Source: an uncultured delta proteobacterium (GTDB lineage: Bacteria > Desulfobacterota > Binatia > Binatales > Binataceae). From it: a stretch of 64,000 bases of DNA. This document shows, piece after piece, positions 26,163 to 36,621 of this stretch. The notes beneath the pieces were generated by a model, which made no database searches, was not told the origin of the DNA, and saw only the letters and a program-made list of their open reading frames with translations. Location: the NCBI GenBank assembly GCA_963783145.1, contig CAWAMM010000001.1:547347-611346 (forward strand), written 5' to 3'. Position numbers and translations under genes: made by a program. Within the stretch, counting starts at the first letter, position 1; the number at the start of each line of letters is the position of its first letter.

Positions 26163-26177
26163 CGCAGAGATTCGAAG

Positions 26178-27836
26178 ATGATTGGACTCAAGGAACAAAC
26201 CGTACGCGGCGCGAAATCGATCGCGGAACTGCGCGCGAAGCATAAGTGGAATGTGCCGGCCGACTACAACGTCGTGCTCGACTGCCTCGATCGGCACACC
26301 GAGCTGCGCGACAAGGTGGCGCTGATCTATGAGGACGACGAAGGCCACAGCGCGCGTTACACCTTCCGCCAGATGATCGAGGCCTCGAACCGTTTTGCCA
26401 ATGCGCTGCGAGGAATCGGCATCAACCGCGGCGACGTGGTCGCGATTCATACCCCGCAGCGTCCCGAAACCGCGATCGCGCATATGGCGCTCTATCGGCT
26501 GGGCGCGATCGCGCTCCCGATCTCGAAACTTTTCGGCCCCGACGCGCTTCAATACCGCCTCGATAACAGTTCGGCGAAAGCGATCCTGATGGAGCCCGAG
26601 ACGGTCGGTAAAATGGATGCCGTCGATCGCAAGACGCTGCCCAACTTCAAACACGTCATCGTGACCGACGGCGCTAAGGGCGGACTCGGCTTCGATGATC
26701 TGATGAGCAAGGGCGCGGCGTCCTTTACCATGGAAAAATCGAGCGCCGAGGATCCTGTGCTCCTGATGTACACCTCGGGCACCACCGGCAATCCCAAGGG
26801 CGTGTTGCACGTCGCGCGCTACGTGCTCGGTCACAACGGCATCGACTACTCATACAATTATCTGCGCCAGGGCGACCTTTACTACAGCCCCGCGGATTGG
26901 GCTTGGGCGGGAGGCCTGCTCGACGGTCTGCTCGCGATTTGGCCCTATGGGATCCCGGTCCTCGCGTATCGGAGCAAGGCGCGCTTCGATCCCGACATCG
27001 CGTTCCGGCTATTGGAGAAACATGGCGCCACCGTGGGCCTGTATCCGCCGACCGCGCTCAAGGTCCTGCGCGAGGTCAAGTTGCCGCGAGAAAAATACAA
27101 GCAGCTCAAGTTGCGCTGCATTGTCAGCGGAGCGGAGCCCGTTAGTCCGCAACTGGCGAAATGGGTCGATGAGGAGTTGCAGGTCGAGTTCAACCAGGCG
27201 TTTGGCCAGACCGAGGCGAACTACTTCATCGGCACTATCAGCGCGATTGAGAAAGCGCATCTCGAGCCGCTGGGCAAGGCATATCCGGGGCACGACGTAA
27301 CGATCGTTTCGCCTGAAGGCGTTCCAGTAAAAACCGGCGAGAGTGGTGAGATCGCCATTCGGCGCGACTCTCCAGTCGTGATGCGCGAGTACTGGAAGAA
27401 TCCCGCCGCGATGAACGACAAGTTCAAGGGCGAATGGTGCATGACCGGCGACCTCGGGCACATGGACGACGAAGGTTACGTCTATTTCGCCGGCCGCAAC
27501 GACGACGTTATCAAGAGCTCCGGCTATCGCATCGGTCCTTCGGAAATCGAAGCGAAAATCATGGAGCATAAATCGGTCGCGTCGTGCGCCGTGATCGGCG
27601 TGCCGGATCCTCAGCGGGGACAGTCGATTAAAGCATTCGTGAAATTGCTGCCAGGGTTCACACCATCGGACGAGATGATCAAGGAAATCCAGCTGCATGT
27701 GAAGACGCGGCTCGCCGCGCATGAGGCGCCGCGCGAATTCGAATTCATGGATGAGTTCCCCTCGACGGTGACCGGCAAGATCATGCGGCGCGAACTGCGC
27801 GCGCGTGAGCAAGCGAAGCATCGCGAGAAGCAATAG
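26178..27836 (+). CDS. AMP-dependent synthetase/ligase (acyl-CoA synthetase family)
   Basis: The AMP-binding motif LLMYTSGTTGNPKGV and C-terminal A10 Lys context are present. Confidence 0.9.
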   Translation: MIGLKEQTVRGAKSIAELRAKHKWNVPADYNVVLDCLDRHTELRDKVALIYEDDEGHSARYTFRQMIEASNRFANALRGIGINRGDVVAIHTPQRPETAIAHMALYRLGAIALPISKLFGPDALQYRLDNSSAKAILMEPETVGKMDAVDRKTLPNFKHVIVTDGAKGGLGFDDLMSKGAASFTMEKSSAEDPVLLMYTSGTTGNPKGVLHVARYVLGHNGIDYSYNYLRQGDLYYSPADWAWAGGLLDGLLAIWPYGIPVLAYRSKARFDPDIAFRLLEKHGATVGLYPPTALKVLREVKLPREKYKQLKLRCIVSGAEPVSPQLAKWVDEELQVEFNQAFGQTEANYFIGTISAIEKAHLEPLGKAYPGHDVTIVSPEGVPVKTGESGEIAIRRDSPVVMREYWKNPAAMNDKFKGEWCMTGDLGHMDDEGYVYFAGRNDDVIKSSGYRIGPSEIEAKIMEHKSVASCAVIGVPDPQRGQSIKAFVKLLPGFTPSDEMIKEIQLHVKTRLAAHEAPREFEFMDEFPSTVTGKIMRRELRAREQAKHREKQ

Positions 27837-27887
27837 GGCAAACTCGGCAGGCTAAGCCGGGCGCCACGAATCGCAACGGAGGCAGTC

Positions 27888-29255
27888 ATGATCGAAATCG
27901 GAGTATTCCATAACGGCGCGAGCGATCTTCCGGTCGTACGGACTCCCAGCGGCGTATGCATCAACGACGGCAACCTCGCCGAGGTCCACGAATCGAACCA
28001 GCGCACGCTGGTCAGCCAGATTCGCCAGGGAATCCTCGCCGACAAACTTGGCTTCAACTATTTCTTCATGACCGAGCATCACTTCCAGCCCGAGGGCGCG
28101 GAGTTCAGCCCCAATCCGCTGCTGGCGGAAACCGCGATCGCCGCGCGCACCAAACAGATCCGTCTCGGACAGGCCGCCAATATCGTGACGTGGTGGCATC
28201 CGGTGCGAATCGCGGAGCAGGCCGCGATGCTCGATGTGCTTAGCGGTGGGCGCCTCGAATTCGGAATCGGTCGTGGCTACCAGCCTCGCGAGGCCGAGGT
28301 CTTCGGGTGGCCGTTCGCGACGATTCAGGATCAGGAACGCAATCGCGCGTACTACCAGGAGGCGTACGACATTATTCTCAAATGCTGGACGCAGCCGTCG
28401 TTCTCGCATCACGGGCAGTTCTTCACGATTCCGCCGGTGTTCACGCGCTGGAACCATCAGCAAACCATCGCGTATTTCTCGACCGGCACGGCGGGCCGCA
28501 AGCTCGAGGACGTGCTCCAAATGGGCAGCCCGGATCCTTACGGCGGCGCCAATCCCGTGATGCAATCGTCGACCGTGCTCAAGGAGCTGCAGGTTTTTCC
28601 GCAGCCGCTGCAGCGGCCGTATCCGCAAATGTGGGAACCGCTGACGACCGAGCGCTCGATAAAATGGGCGGCCGAGCGCGGCCTCAACGGATATTTCATC
28701 GTCGAGCCGAACTCGCGCCTAAAAAAGAATCTCGACTTCTACTATGAGACCTCCGAGAAAGCCGGATGGCCGGATCGTCTCAATCGCGGACGGCTCAAGT
28801 ATGGATGGGATTCCGAGAAGCGTCGCGGTGTGCTCACTGGCCGCTACATCCACTTGCTGCTCCCGGGGATGGATCGCGAGCGCGAGTTGAAACGCTTCCA
28901 CGCGGGCCTCGAGCTGCAGTGGGATTACTATGGACCGTTCGGCTTTGCAGCCGTGCTCGCGGACGCCAACGAGGAAAAGTTGGCGCTCGACAAGAAAGTC
29001 GATGCGAACACGCTGCTCAAAAAGGAGATCGCCATCTTCGGCACCGCGTCCGAGGTGACCGCGGCGATCATGCGCATCAAGGAGCAATGCGGCTACGAGG
29101 ACTTCGCCTTCAACACCTGGTTCGAGACCGGAGGCTTCAGCGGCTCCGAGGTCGAGGATCAGATGCAGTACTTCGCCGAGGAAGTGAAGCCTCAACTCGC
29201 ACGCGCATGCGGCGGTCAGGTGCAGAATCCTCAGCTGGGGCTCAACTTCGAATAG
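27888..29255 (+). CDS. LLM-class flavin/F420-dependent oxidoreductase (third copy)
   Basis: A luciferase-like TIM-barrel is recognisable (FNYFFMTEHHFQP..., LDVLSGGRLEFGIGRGY). Confidence 0.8.
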   Translation: MIEIGVFHNGASDLPVVRTPSGVCINDGNLAEVHESNQRTLVSQIRQGILADKLGFNYFFMTEHHFQPEGAEFSPNPLLAETAIAARTKQIRLGQAANIVTWWHPVRIAEQAAMLDVLSGGRLEFGIGRGYQPREAEVFGWPFATIQDQERNRAYYQEAYDIILKCWTQPSFSHHGQFFTIPPVFTRWNHQQTIAYFSTGTAGRKLEDVLQMGSPDPYGGANPVMQSSTVLKELQVFPQPLQRPYPQMWEPLTTERSIKWAAERGLNGYFIVEPNSRLKKNLDFYYETSEKAGWPDRLNRGRLKYGWDSEKRRGVLTGRYIHLLLPGMDRERELKRFHAGLELQWDYYGPFGFAAVLADANEEKLALDKKVDANTLLKKEIAIFGTASEVTAAIMRIKEQCGYEDFAFNTWFETGGFSGSEVEDQMQYFAEEVKPQLARACGGQVQNPQLGLNFE

Positions 29256-29264
29256 CGAAGCGGA

Positions 29265-30092
29265 TCATTTCGATCGCTGTTCGTCAAAGGTTCGATCGAT
29301 GCGGTCGAAGCGGCGGCGCAGGAATTCGCGGCTTTCGTCATGCGGCAGAATGTAGAGCCGGTTGGCGAGGATTGCGTCGACGACTTTCGCCGCGACCTCG
29401 TCGACCTGGAGCACGCGCCCCGCGAGATTGAGGTTGCCGGCATCCTGCGCCTGCACGCGCGGCGAAGCCTCGGCGCCGCCGAAGTCAGCCGCCCGATTGC
29501 GCTCCGAGCTGCCGATGTTGGTTTCCACCCGCATCGGGCATAGCACCGATACTCCTATATCGTGCTGGCGGATTTCGCGCCGCAGCACTTCCGCGAGGGC
29601 GACGACTCCATACTTCGCGACGCAATAGGGTCCGAGGCCTTCGTTAGGAACCAGGCCCGCGAATGACGCGGTGAACAGAATGTGGCCGCCCTGGCGCTGC
29701 TCGATCATGCGCGGCAGAAAAACCTCGACGCCGTGAATGGGGCCCCACAAATCAACCTTGATGATCCACTCCCAGTCGGAATGCTTCATCGAGGCGATCG
29801 GGCCGCCGACCGCGACGCCGGCGTTGTTGAACACGATATGCACGGCGCCCATCCGAGAGAATGCCGTATCCGCCAGATGATTCACCGACGCGAGATTCGC
29901 TACGTCGCAAACGACGCCTTCGACCTTCACGCCGGATGACGAAAGCGTCGCGACCGCCTTATCAAGCGCGGTGGCTTCGATGTCAGCGATTACGATCCCC
30001 GCGCCCTTATCTGCCAGTGCCTTCGCGGTTGCGAATCCGATGCCGCTTGCGCCGCCGGTGATGACTGCGACTTTTCCGGTTAGGTTTTCCAT
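29265..30092 (-). CDS. SDR-family oxidoreductase
   Basis: The TGGASGIG Rossmann motif and a YxxxK motif (YCVAK) are present. Confidence 0.9.
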   Translation of the reverse strand: MENLTGKVAVITGGASGIGFATAKALADKGAGIVIADIEATALDKAVATLSSSGVKVEGVVCDVANLASVNHLADTAFSRMGAVHIVFNNAGVAVGGPIASMKHSDWEWIIKVDLWGPIHGVEVFLPRMIEQRQGGHILFTASFAGLVPNEGLGPYCVAKYGVVALAEVLRREIRQHDIGVSVLCPMRVETNIGSSERNRAADFGGAEASPRVQAQDAGNLNLAGRVLQVDEVAAKVVDAILANRLYILPHDESREFLRRRFDRIDRTFDEQRSK

Positions 30093-30118
30093 CGTTCACC
30101 CTATACCTCGTTGCGCGA

Positions 30119-30754
30119 CTAATGCGCGAGTCCGGGAAGCAGTTGCACCAATCCGCCTGCGATAAACTCTACCGCAACCGCGGTGAGGATCAGGCCGAGT
30201 AGCCGGGTGATGATGTTGATGCCGGTCCTTCCGAGCAGTTTGCTGATCGGGTCAGCCATCCGCAGCGAGAGCCAGGTCGCCGCGGCCACGAGCAGACCAG
30301 CGAAGACCAGAAACCCGGTGTCGTACCAATCCTTCGCCTCATGCGCATAGATGACGATGGTGCTGATCGCGCCGGGCCCCGCCACCAGCGGTATACCCAA
30401 CGGGACCACCGCGGGCTCATCTTTCTCGGTGCCCTCTTGGACCTCCTCCGGCGTGCTGGAAGTTCTGCTCAGCCGCGCATTGAGCATCGAGATCGCCATC
30501 AGCAGGATTAGAATTCCTCCGCCGACCCGAAACGAGGCGATGCTGATGCCGAACACGCGCAGCAATGGTTCTCCGACGAATATCGAAAGCACCAGGACGA
30601 TCGCTACGGTCAAGCCTGCGAGACTTGCGGTATGTTTGCGTGCGCGATCGGTCTGACCCGAGGTCAGAGTGATGAAAATCGGGATCGTCGCGATCGGATC
30701 AGCGATGACGAAAAGAGCGGTTGCGATCTCGGCGTAGGTTCTCCAGTCTTGCAT
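30119..30754 (-). CDS. MarC-family (UPF0056) integral membrane protein
   Basis: The 211-aa product has about 6 TM segments and a MarC-like pattern (IADPIATIPIF..., GGGILILLM). Confidence 0.75.
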   Translation of the reverse strand: MQDWRTYAEIATALFVIADPIATIPIFITLTSGQTDRARKHTASLAGLTVAIVLVLSIFVGEPLLRVFGISIASFRVGGGILILLMAISMLNARLSRTSSTPEEVQEGTEKDEPAVVPLGIPLVAGPGAISTIVIYAHEAKDWYDTGFLVFAGLLVAAATWLSLRMADPISKLLGRTGINIITRLLGLILTAVAVEFIAGGLVQLLPGLAH

Positions 30755-30833
30755 CGCGGGCGCTAGATCTCAGGTTCCATTATTGCCAAATGAGTCCAGA
30801 GCTAGGATAACAGCATCGGTTCGGAGGAGAATC

Positions 30834-31676
30834 ATGCGCGTACAAGTAGGCGATGGACGGCTGTTTTTCGATGTCGAAGGCGCGAAGCTGGTGCCCGACG
30901 GCCCGAAGATGCGGGAGCGACCCACGCTGTTGCTGCTGCACGGCGGGCCGGGCTTCGATCATTCGAACTTCAAACCCGACCTCAGCCCGCTCGCCGAGGT
31001 CGCGCAGGTCATCTACCTCGACCATCGCAGTAACGGGCGCAGCGATCGCACCGCGCCCGATCGATGGACGCTGGCGAACTGGGCGGACGACGTTCGCGCT
31101 TTCTGCGAGGCGGTCGAAATCGAAAAGCCGGTTGTGATGGGCACTTCATTCGGCGGCTTTGTCGCGCAGGCCTATGGCACGCGGCATCCCGAGCATCCGG
31201 GCAAGCTGGTTTTCTGCACCACCTCGGCGAAATGGCGCCTTTCGCGAGTGCTCGACGTATTCGAGCGACTCGGAGGTAAGGAAGCACGCGAGGCGGCGAA
31301 AAACTATTGGGAAAATCCCAGCACTGAAACTGTCGCCGACTACATCCGCGTATGCATCCCGCTTTACAATCACAATCGTCGCGGCAACGAGATGTTCACG
31401 CGCAGCGTCATGAATATGGAAGTGGTGCTCGATTTTCCGCGTCGCGAACAGAACACCTTCGATTTTCTTCCCGAACTTAAGCGCATCAAGTGTCCGACGC
31501 TGGTGATGGGTGGCGAAGATGATCCGATTACGCCGGTGGAGGACTCCGCGGACATCGCCGCGGCGCTTCCGAAGGAGTTGGTGCGCTTCGAGCGGTTTCC
31601 GGCGACCGGCCATGGCATCGTGAATGACGCACCCGAACGCTTCATCCAGGTCCTGAAGGAGTTCGTCACCAGCTGA
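30834..31676 (+). CDS. Alpha/beta hydrolase (proline iminopeptidase-like)
   Basis: HGGPG is followed by the nucleophile elbow GTSFGG. Confidence 0.75.
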   Translation: MRVQVGDGRLFFDVEGAKLVPDGPKMRERPTLLLLHGGPGFDHSNFKPDLSPLAEVAQVIYLDHRSNGRSDRTAPDRWTLANWADDVRAFCEAVEIEKPVVMGTSFGGFVAQAYGTRHPEHPGKLVFCTTSAKWRLSRVLDVFERLGGKEAREAAKNYWENPSTETVADYIRVCIPLYNHNRRGNEMFTRSVMNMEVVLDFPRREQNTFDFLPELKRIKCPTLVMGGEDDPITPVEDSADIAAALPKELVRFERFPATGHGIVNDAPERFIQVLKEFVTS

Positions 31677-31777
31677 AATTGTCCTCTGGCGACGGGGTTT
31701 TATAGGGGCTCCGGCACAGTTATCATCGTGACTCGGGCGCGCGCCTAACGGGGCTGTGTCGGCACGCGCCCGTCTCG

Positions 31778-32896
31778 ATGGACAATTTGCCCAATAGTAC
31801 AGAGGCTCTGCCGCCGACCAATCCGAGGCGCATCCTTATTATCCTCAACGGCGCGATTGGCGATGTAGTTCGAGCGTTGCCGCTGCTCGGCAGAATTCGC
31901 CGCGGCTTTCCGGATGCGCATATCGCGTGGGCGATCGAACCGAAGTCGGCGCCGATCCTCGAGAGGCACCCGTGGCTGGATCAGACGATCCTCTACGATC
32001 GTCGTCACGCGCCGTGGACATTTGCGCCGTTTCTCAGGCGCGTGCGCGAAGGGCGCTTCGATCTGGCGATCGACCTGCAGCGGCACCTTAAGAGTGGAAT
32101 CATCTCGATTGTATCGGGCGCGAAAGATCGCCTCGGATTCAGCGCCGCGAACACCAAGGAACTGAATCATTTATTCTCGACGCGCCGCATCGAGCCGCAG
32201 CCGGAGATGCGGTTAAAGCTGCTTCAGTATCAGACCTTCGGTGATGCGCTCGGCCTCCCGTCCGCTCCTATCGAGTTCGGGCTTGCAGCTTCGGCGGACG
32301 AGCACGAGCGCGCGGCGAATCTTCTCCGCGAGGCTCCTTGGCCGCGCCTCGGCGTGATTCTCGGTTCGTCGTGGCCGAGCCGGATCTATTTTCCGAAGTC
32401 CATCGCCGCGGTGATTCGGGGCGTGTGCGATCGAAACCACGTTAACGGGGAGGGGCCAGCATTCTTTCCGCTGCTCCTCGGGGGGCCTGACGAGACGGGA
32501 TTGGCCGATGAGGTGATGCGCGAACTCGGTGGCATCAACGCATTGAACTTCGCTGGCAAGACCTCGCTGCGCGATCTGATTGCGATTTTTCCGGAATGCG
32601 ACGCGGCGTTCGGACCCGACTCGGGGCCGATGCATATCGCGGCGGCGGTCGGATGCCCAATCGTATCGCTGTGGGGTGCGACCTCGCCGAAGCGCTCCGC
32701 CCCCTGGGGCTTCGACGATTTGGCGATCACGGGCGACATCCCTTGCCATCCCTGCTATCTGCGTGAATGTCCGGTCGGTCGCGAGTGTATGCATCGGATC
32801 ACGCCGGCGACAGTTATCGACGCATTGCATCGGGCGCGGCATCGGCGCGAGGGCGAAGGCGCGGGAACTGTGTCCGTCGTCGGAGCTTCAACATGA
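31778..32896 (+). CDS. Glycosyltransferase family 9 (ADP-heptose:LPS heptosyltransferase-like)
   Basis: The N-terminus has the GT9 pattern ILIILNGAIGDVVRALPLL. The gene lies in an LPS-core context. Confidence 0.8.
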   Translation: MDNLPNSTEALPPTNPRRILIILNGAIGDVVRALPLLGRIRRGFPDAHIAWAIEPKSAPILERHPWLDQTILYDRRHAPWTFAPFLRRVREGRFDLAIDLQRHLKSGIISIVSGAKDRLGFSAANTKELNHLFSTRRIEPQPEMRLKLLQYQTFGDALGLPSAPIEFGLAASADEHERAANLLREAPWPRLGVILGSSWPSRIYFPKSIAAVIRGVCDRNHVNGEGPAFFPLLLGGPDETGLADEVMRELGGINALNFAGKTSLRDLIAIFPECDAAFGPDSGPMHIAAAVGCPIVSLWGATSPKRSAPWGFDDLAITGDIPCHPCYLRECPVGRECMHRITPATVIDALHRARHRREGEGAGTVSVVGAST

Positions 32897-33777
32897 GGCG
32901 CGCGCTGGGCGAGCGTTTTGATCTGGCCGGATGGCGCTTCGTCATTCCAGCGAGCGCGCGGCGATGCGCGTCCTTCGTGCGAAATGAGGTCGTCGAAAAC
33001 GTGGTTGCCGCTCTGGTCGGTAAACGTGGTGTGCCGTTTCATCACTCCCGTCATGCGACAACCTGGAAAGTGCCGCTGATCGGGCCGACTGGCGAATCGA
33101 CCAACATTTTCATCAAGCAACTCGATCCGGCGCGAGGCCTCGTGGCCCGCGTAAAAGCGAAATCCCGCGCCAAGCGCTCCGAGCATGTGCTGCGAATCTC
33201 CGAAGATCTGCGCCGGGACAAATTTGGCGTGCCTAAAGTTTTCCTGATCGGTGAGAACCGCGAGAGCGGGCGGGAAGTGATCGTTATGAGCCCGGCCCCG
33301 GGGTTCATGTTGACCAGATGGATGAACCCGTCGCATCGGACCGGGTTGGCGCTGCGCCGAAGCATCCTCCGAAAGCTTGGCGCGGAAATCGCCCGACTGC
33401 ATCTCGCGGGCTATATCCACGGCGATCTGACTCCCTACAATATTTTCGCGGCGACGAATTCCGAGATTGCATTTACCTTCATCGATCATGAAGGCACCGA
33501 AAAAACCTCGCGGGTGAGCATCAACCTCGCGCGCAATCAAATGCGCAATCTGGTCCAGCTGGGGCATTTCGACCTTCCAGGAGTATCGCGAACCGACAAG
33601 TTGCGCGTTTTCGATAGTTATGGGGTGACTACCGGTCTCTCCCGATCAGCCCGTCGGCAGTCCCTTCTGAGGCTGACCAAAATGATCGCACGGCGCCGGG
33701 CTCGCGATGGTGGTATCAAGCGCGGTGCGGCGCAAACTGCGATAATGGCGAGAGAAGGCACCGCGGCTGATGGCTGA
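32893..33777 (+). CDS. Lipopolysaccharide kinase family protein (Kdo/WaaP-type)
   Basis: A protein-kinase-like catalytic loop GYIHGDLTPYNIF is present. An ATGA overlap couples it to the GT9 gene. Confidence 0.65.
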   Translation: MRRALGERFDLAGWRFVIPASARRCASFVRNEVVENVVAALVGKRGVPFHHSRHATTWKVPLIGPTGESTNIFIKQLDPARGLVARVKAKSRAKRSEHVLRISEDLRRDKFGVPKVFLIGENRESGREVIVMSPAPGFMLTRWMNPSHRTGLALRRSILRKLGAEIARLHLAGYIHGDLTPYNIFAATNSEIAFTFIDHEGTEKTSRVSINLARNQMRNLVQLGHFDLPGVSRTDKLRVFDSYGVTTGLSRSARRQSLLRLTKMIARRRARDGGIKRGAAQTAIMAREGTAADG

Positions 33778-34462
33778 TCCGGTCAAAATATCGGTGGTGA
33801 TCCCGGTCTTTAACGAGGTCAAAACCATTGGCGAGGTTATCAACCGGGTACTCAACTGCGGCTTCGAGACCGAAGTGATCGTGGTCGACGACGCTTCCAC
33901 TGACGGCACTCGGGAGTTTCTGCAGAACTTTCACCATCACAGCGTCAAGGTTTTTTATCATTCCAAGAATCGCGGTAAGGGCGCCGCGCTGCGAATGGGA
34001 TTTGCGGCGGCCTCGAATCCTTATGTTTTCGTTCAAGACGCTGACCTCGAATACGATCCGAACGACTATCACACGATGATCAAACCGCTCGTCGACGGCC
34101 GGGCCGACATGGTATACGGCTCGCGCTTTCTGGGCGGTCCTCATCGCGTGTTGTTGTATTGGCATTACCTTGGCAACCGGCTGATCACCATGGTCTCGAA
34201 CGTCATGAGCGACATGAACCTGAGTGATATGGAAACCGGGATGAAAGCCTTCGCGCGCGACAAGCTGTTGCAACTTCGGCTCCGCGCGAATCGCTTTACC
34301 TTCGAGCCCGAGATCACGATCAAAGCCTCGCGCGCGCGCTGGCGGATTTACGAAGTGCCGGTCTCGTACTCGGGGCGCACTTATGCGGAAGGGAAGAAGA
34401 TCGGCTGGCGGGACGCGATTACCGCAATTTGTGCAATTTTGTACTACAGGTTTATCGATTGA
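33770..34462 (+). CDS. Glycosyltransferase family 2 (polyprenyl-phosphate sugar synthase-like)
   Basis: The sequence has VVIPVFNE, a DDAS/DGT motif and a DAD motif, resembling DPM1/ArnC. Confidence 0.85.
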   Translation: MADPVKISVVIPVFNEVKTIGEVINRVLNCGFETEVIVVDDASTDGTREFLQNFHHHSVKVFYHSKNRGKGAALRMGFAAASNPYVFVQDADLEYDPNDYHTMIKPLVDGRADMVYGSRFLGGPHRVLLYWHYLGNRLITMVSNVMSDMNLSDMETGMKAFARDKLLQLRLRANRFTFEPEITIKASRARWRIYEVPVSYSGRTYAEGKKIGWRDAITAICAILYYRFID

Positions 34463-34557
34463 TTGCGGAGCGCGATCGCGACTTGGAACCATCTGTCAAA
34501 GCGAATGAAACGATTTCGTCGCCGGATGCTAGCGCTGCGAATTTCGGCGACCCGCCA

Positions 34558-35685
34558 TTGCGCGTGCTCGGCGTCGATCCGGAGCTCGGATTCGCGGGTG
34601 GCGAGACTCAGGTGCTCGGCCTGACACTTGGATTGTTGCGCAAAGGACATCATGCGGAGCTCGCCTGCGATCCACGAGGACCGCTCTTCGACCGCGCCCG
34701 CCGCGAGGGCATCACGTGTCATCCGCTCGCGATTCGCAATGCGCTCGATTTCGCCGCGGGAATGCGCCTGCGTGGTCTGCTTTCGATCGAGCACTACGAT
34801 GTGGTGCACTTCCATACCTCGCGCGCGCATTCGATGGCGCCGTTTGCACGAGGACACGCGCGCGCACTGATCGTGACGCGGCGGATGGATTATCGGCCCA
34901 ATCGGCTATTTGCTCCGTTTCTTTACAACCGCGCGGTGGATGCGGTTGCAGCGATTTCGAGCAGAGTTGCGGATGCGCTCGGCGAGGCAGGGGTCGCGAG
35001 CGATCGTCTCCGGATCATCGCTTCAGGAGTGGACTGCGATCATTTTCGGCCCGCGGATCCCTCCCAGCGCGAAGCAGCCCGCGGCCGGCTCGGAATCGCG
35101 AATGACGATTTTCTCGTTGGCACGGTGGGGATGCTCGAGGAGCGCAAGGGCCATCGTTATCTCCTCGAAGCGGTAGCGAATCTAAATCACGCGCGGGGGG
35201 AGGCGGGGAGGATCAAATGCGCGATCGCCGGTGATGGTGAAATGCGGGTTGAACTTTTCAATCTCGCAAAAGAGTTGGGCATTGCCGGTGACATGCTTTT
35301 CTTAGGTATGGTTGGCGATTCGCGCCAACTACTTGATGCGCTTGACGTTTTCGTGTTTCCCTCGCTCAAGGAAGGTCTCGGAGTGGCTCTGCTCGAAGCG
35401 ATGGCGTGCGGGTTGCCGGTGGTCGCCACGCGCGCCGGTGGAGTAGTCGACATCGTTGAAGACCAGCGCAATGGGCTCCTGGTGTCGCCTCGCGAACCGG
35501 CGGCGCTCGCCGACGCAATCGCTTCGCTCGCGCATGACGTCACGCGTCGGGCGATTTTGGGCAGCGCGGCGAGGCTCCGGGTCAGTGAGAATTTTTCGAT
35601 GAATGCGATGACCGCAAAGACTATCGATCTATACCGGGCCTGCCTGATCAGGCGGGGCGCCAATCCGGAAAGGGCCAATTACTAG
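34558..35685 (+). CDS. Glycosyltransferase family 4
   Basis: A GT4 EX7E-type C-terminal domain (FPSLKEGLGVALLEAMACGLPVVAT) is present. A TTG start at 34558 is inferred. Confidence 0.8.
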   Translation: MRVLGVDPELGFAGGETQVLGLTLGLLRKGHHAELACDPRGPLFDRARREGITCHPLAIRNALDFAAGMRLRGLLSIEHYDVVHFHTSRAHSMAPFARGHARALIVTRRMDYRPNRLFAPFLYNRAVDAVAAISSRVADALGEAGVASDRLRIIASGVDCDHFRPADPSQREAARGRLGIANDDFLVGTVGMLEERKGHRYLLEAVANLNHARGEAGRIKCAIAGDGEMRVELFNLAKELGIAGDMLFLGMVGDSRQLLDALDVFVFPSLKEGLGVALLEAMACGLPVVATRAGGVVDIVEDQRNGLLVSPREPAALADAIASLAHDVTRRAILGSAARLRVSENFSMNAMTAKTIDLYRACLIRRGANPERANY

Positions 35686-36564
35686 ATGCGCAGTATGACA
35701 GGGTTCGGGCGCGCTCATATCGAGCGTGACGGAGTGCGGGTGGTGGCGGAGATCCGCGCGCTCAATCAGCGGTTCTTCGAGTTGAAGTTGAGCCTGCCGC
35801 GGGGATGGGGCGAGCATGAGGCGCAAGTGCGCAAAATGGTGCAGGGCATGGTTTCGCGCGGGCGCGTCGAGGTGTTCATGCGCTATACCGCGACCAAGGC
35901 CCCACCGGTCAAACTGCAAGTCAACGAGAAGCTCGCGAAACTATACATCGCAGAGCTGCGCAAGCTCGGCAAGCAGTTGAACCTCAATGGCCGGCTGGGC
36001 ATGGAAACCATCATGCAGCGCCCGGAAATCTTCCACGTTATCGAGGACGAGGACGATCAGATCCATCATGGCGTCAAGCTGGGCTTCGAGGCGCTCGAAC
36101 AGGCGCTGAAAAGACTCGAGGCCGAACGCATCCGCGAGGGCAACAGCCTCAAGCGCGATTTCGCGCGGCGCATCAAGAAGATCCACGCGGCGATGCCGAA
36201 GATCGAAAAGCTTTCGGGTGAAACCCGGGCCGAGGTCCTCGCAGGATTTCAGGCGCGTGTGAAGGAACTGCTCGCCGAAATTCCGGTCAACGAAAAGCGG
36301 CTTTACGAAGAGGCGGCCGGCGTCGCGCAACGAGGCGACATTACCGAGGAGCTGACGCGGCTGCGGATCCACCTAGAGGCCCTCAAGGAGTTGCTCGACC
36401 GCAGTGAGCCGGTTGGAAAATCGATCGAGTTCCTGCTCCAGGAGATCAACCGCGAGGTGAACACGATGGGCTCGAAATCGCAAAACGCGGGGCTCTCGCA
36501 GCTCACCGTCGCGGTCAAAGGCGAGGCCGAGAAGATGCGCGAGCAGGTGCAGAACGTCGAGTGA
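35686..36564 (+). CDS. yicC: YicC/YloC-family stress-induced protein
   Basis: MRSMTGFGRA... is the YicC N-terminus, and a C-terminal DUF1732-like region is present. The gene precedes gmk as in many bacteria. Confidence 0.85.
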   Translation: MRSMTGFGRAHIERDGVRVVAEIRALNQRFFELKLSLPRGWGEHEAQVRKMVQGMVSRGRVEVFMRYTATKAPPVKLQVNEKLAKLYIAELRKLGKQLNLNGRLGMETIMQRPEIFHVIEDEDDQIHHGVKLGFEALEQALKRLEAERIREGNSLKRDFARRIKKIHAAMPKIEKLSGETRAEVLAGFQARVKELLAEIPVNEKRLYEEAAGVAQRGDITEELTRLRIHLEALKELLDRSEPVGKSIEFLLQEINREVNTMGSKSQNAGLSQLTVAVKGEAEKMREQVQNVE

Positions 36565-36621
36565 AAGTCGCGGAACGTCGCCGATAGAAGCACGACTCCA
36601 AATGATGGTAACGTCGTATTA

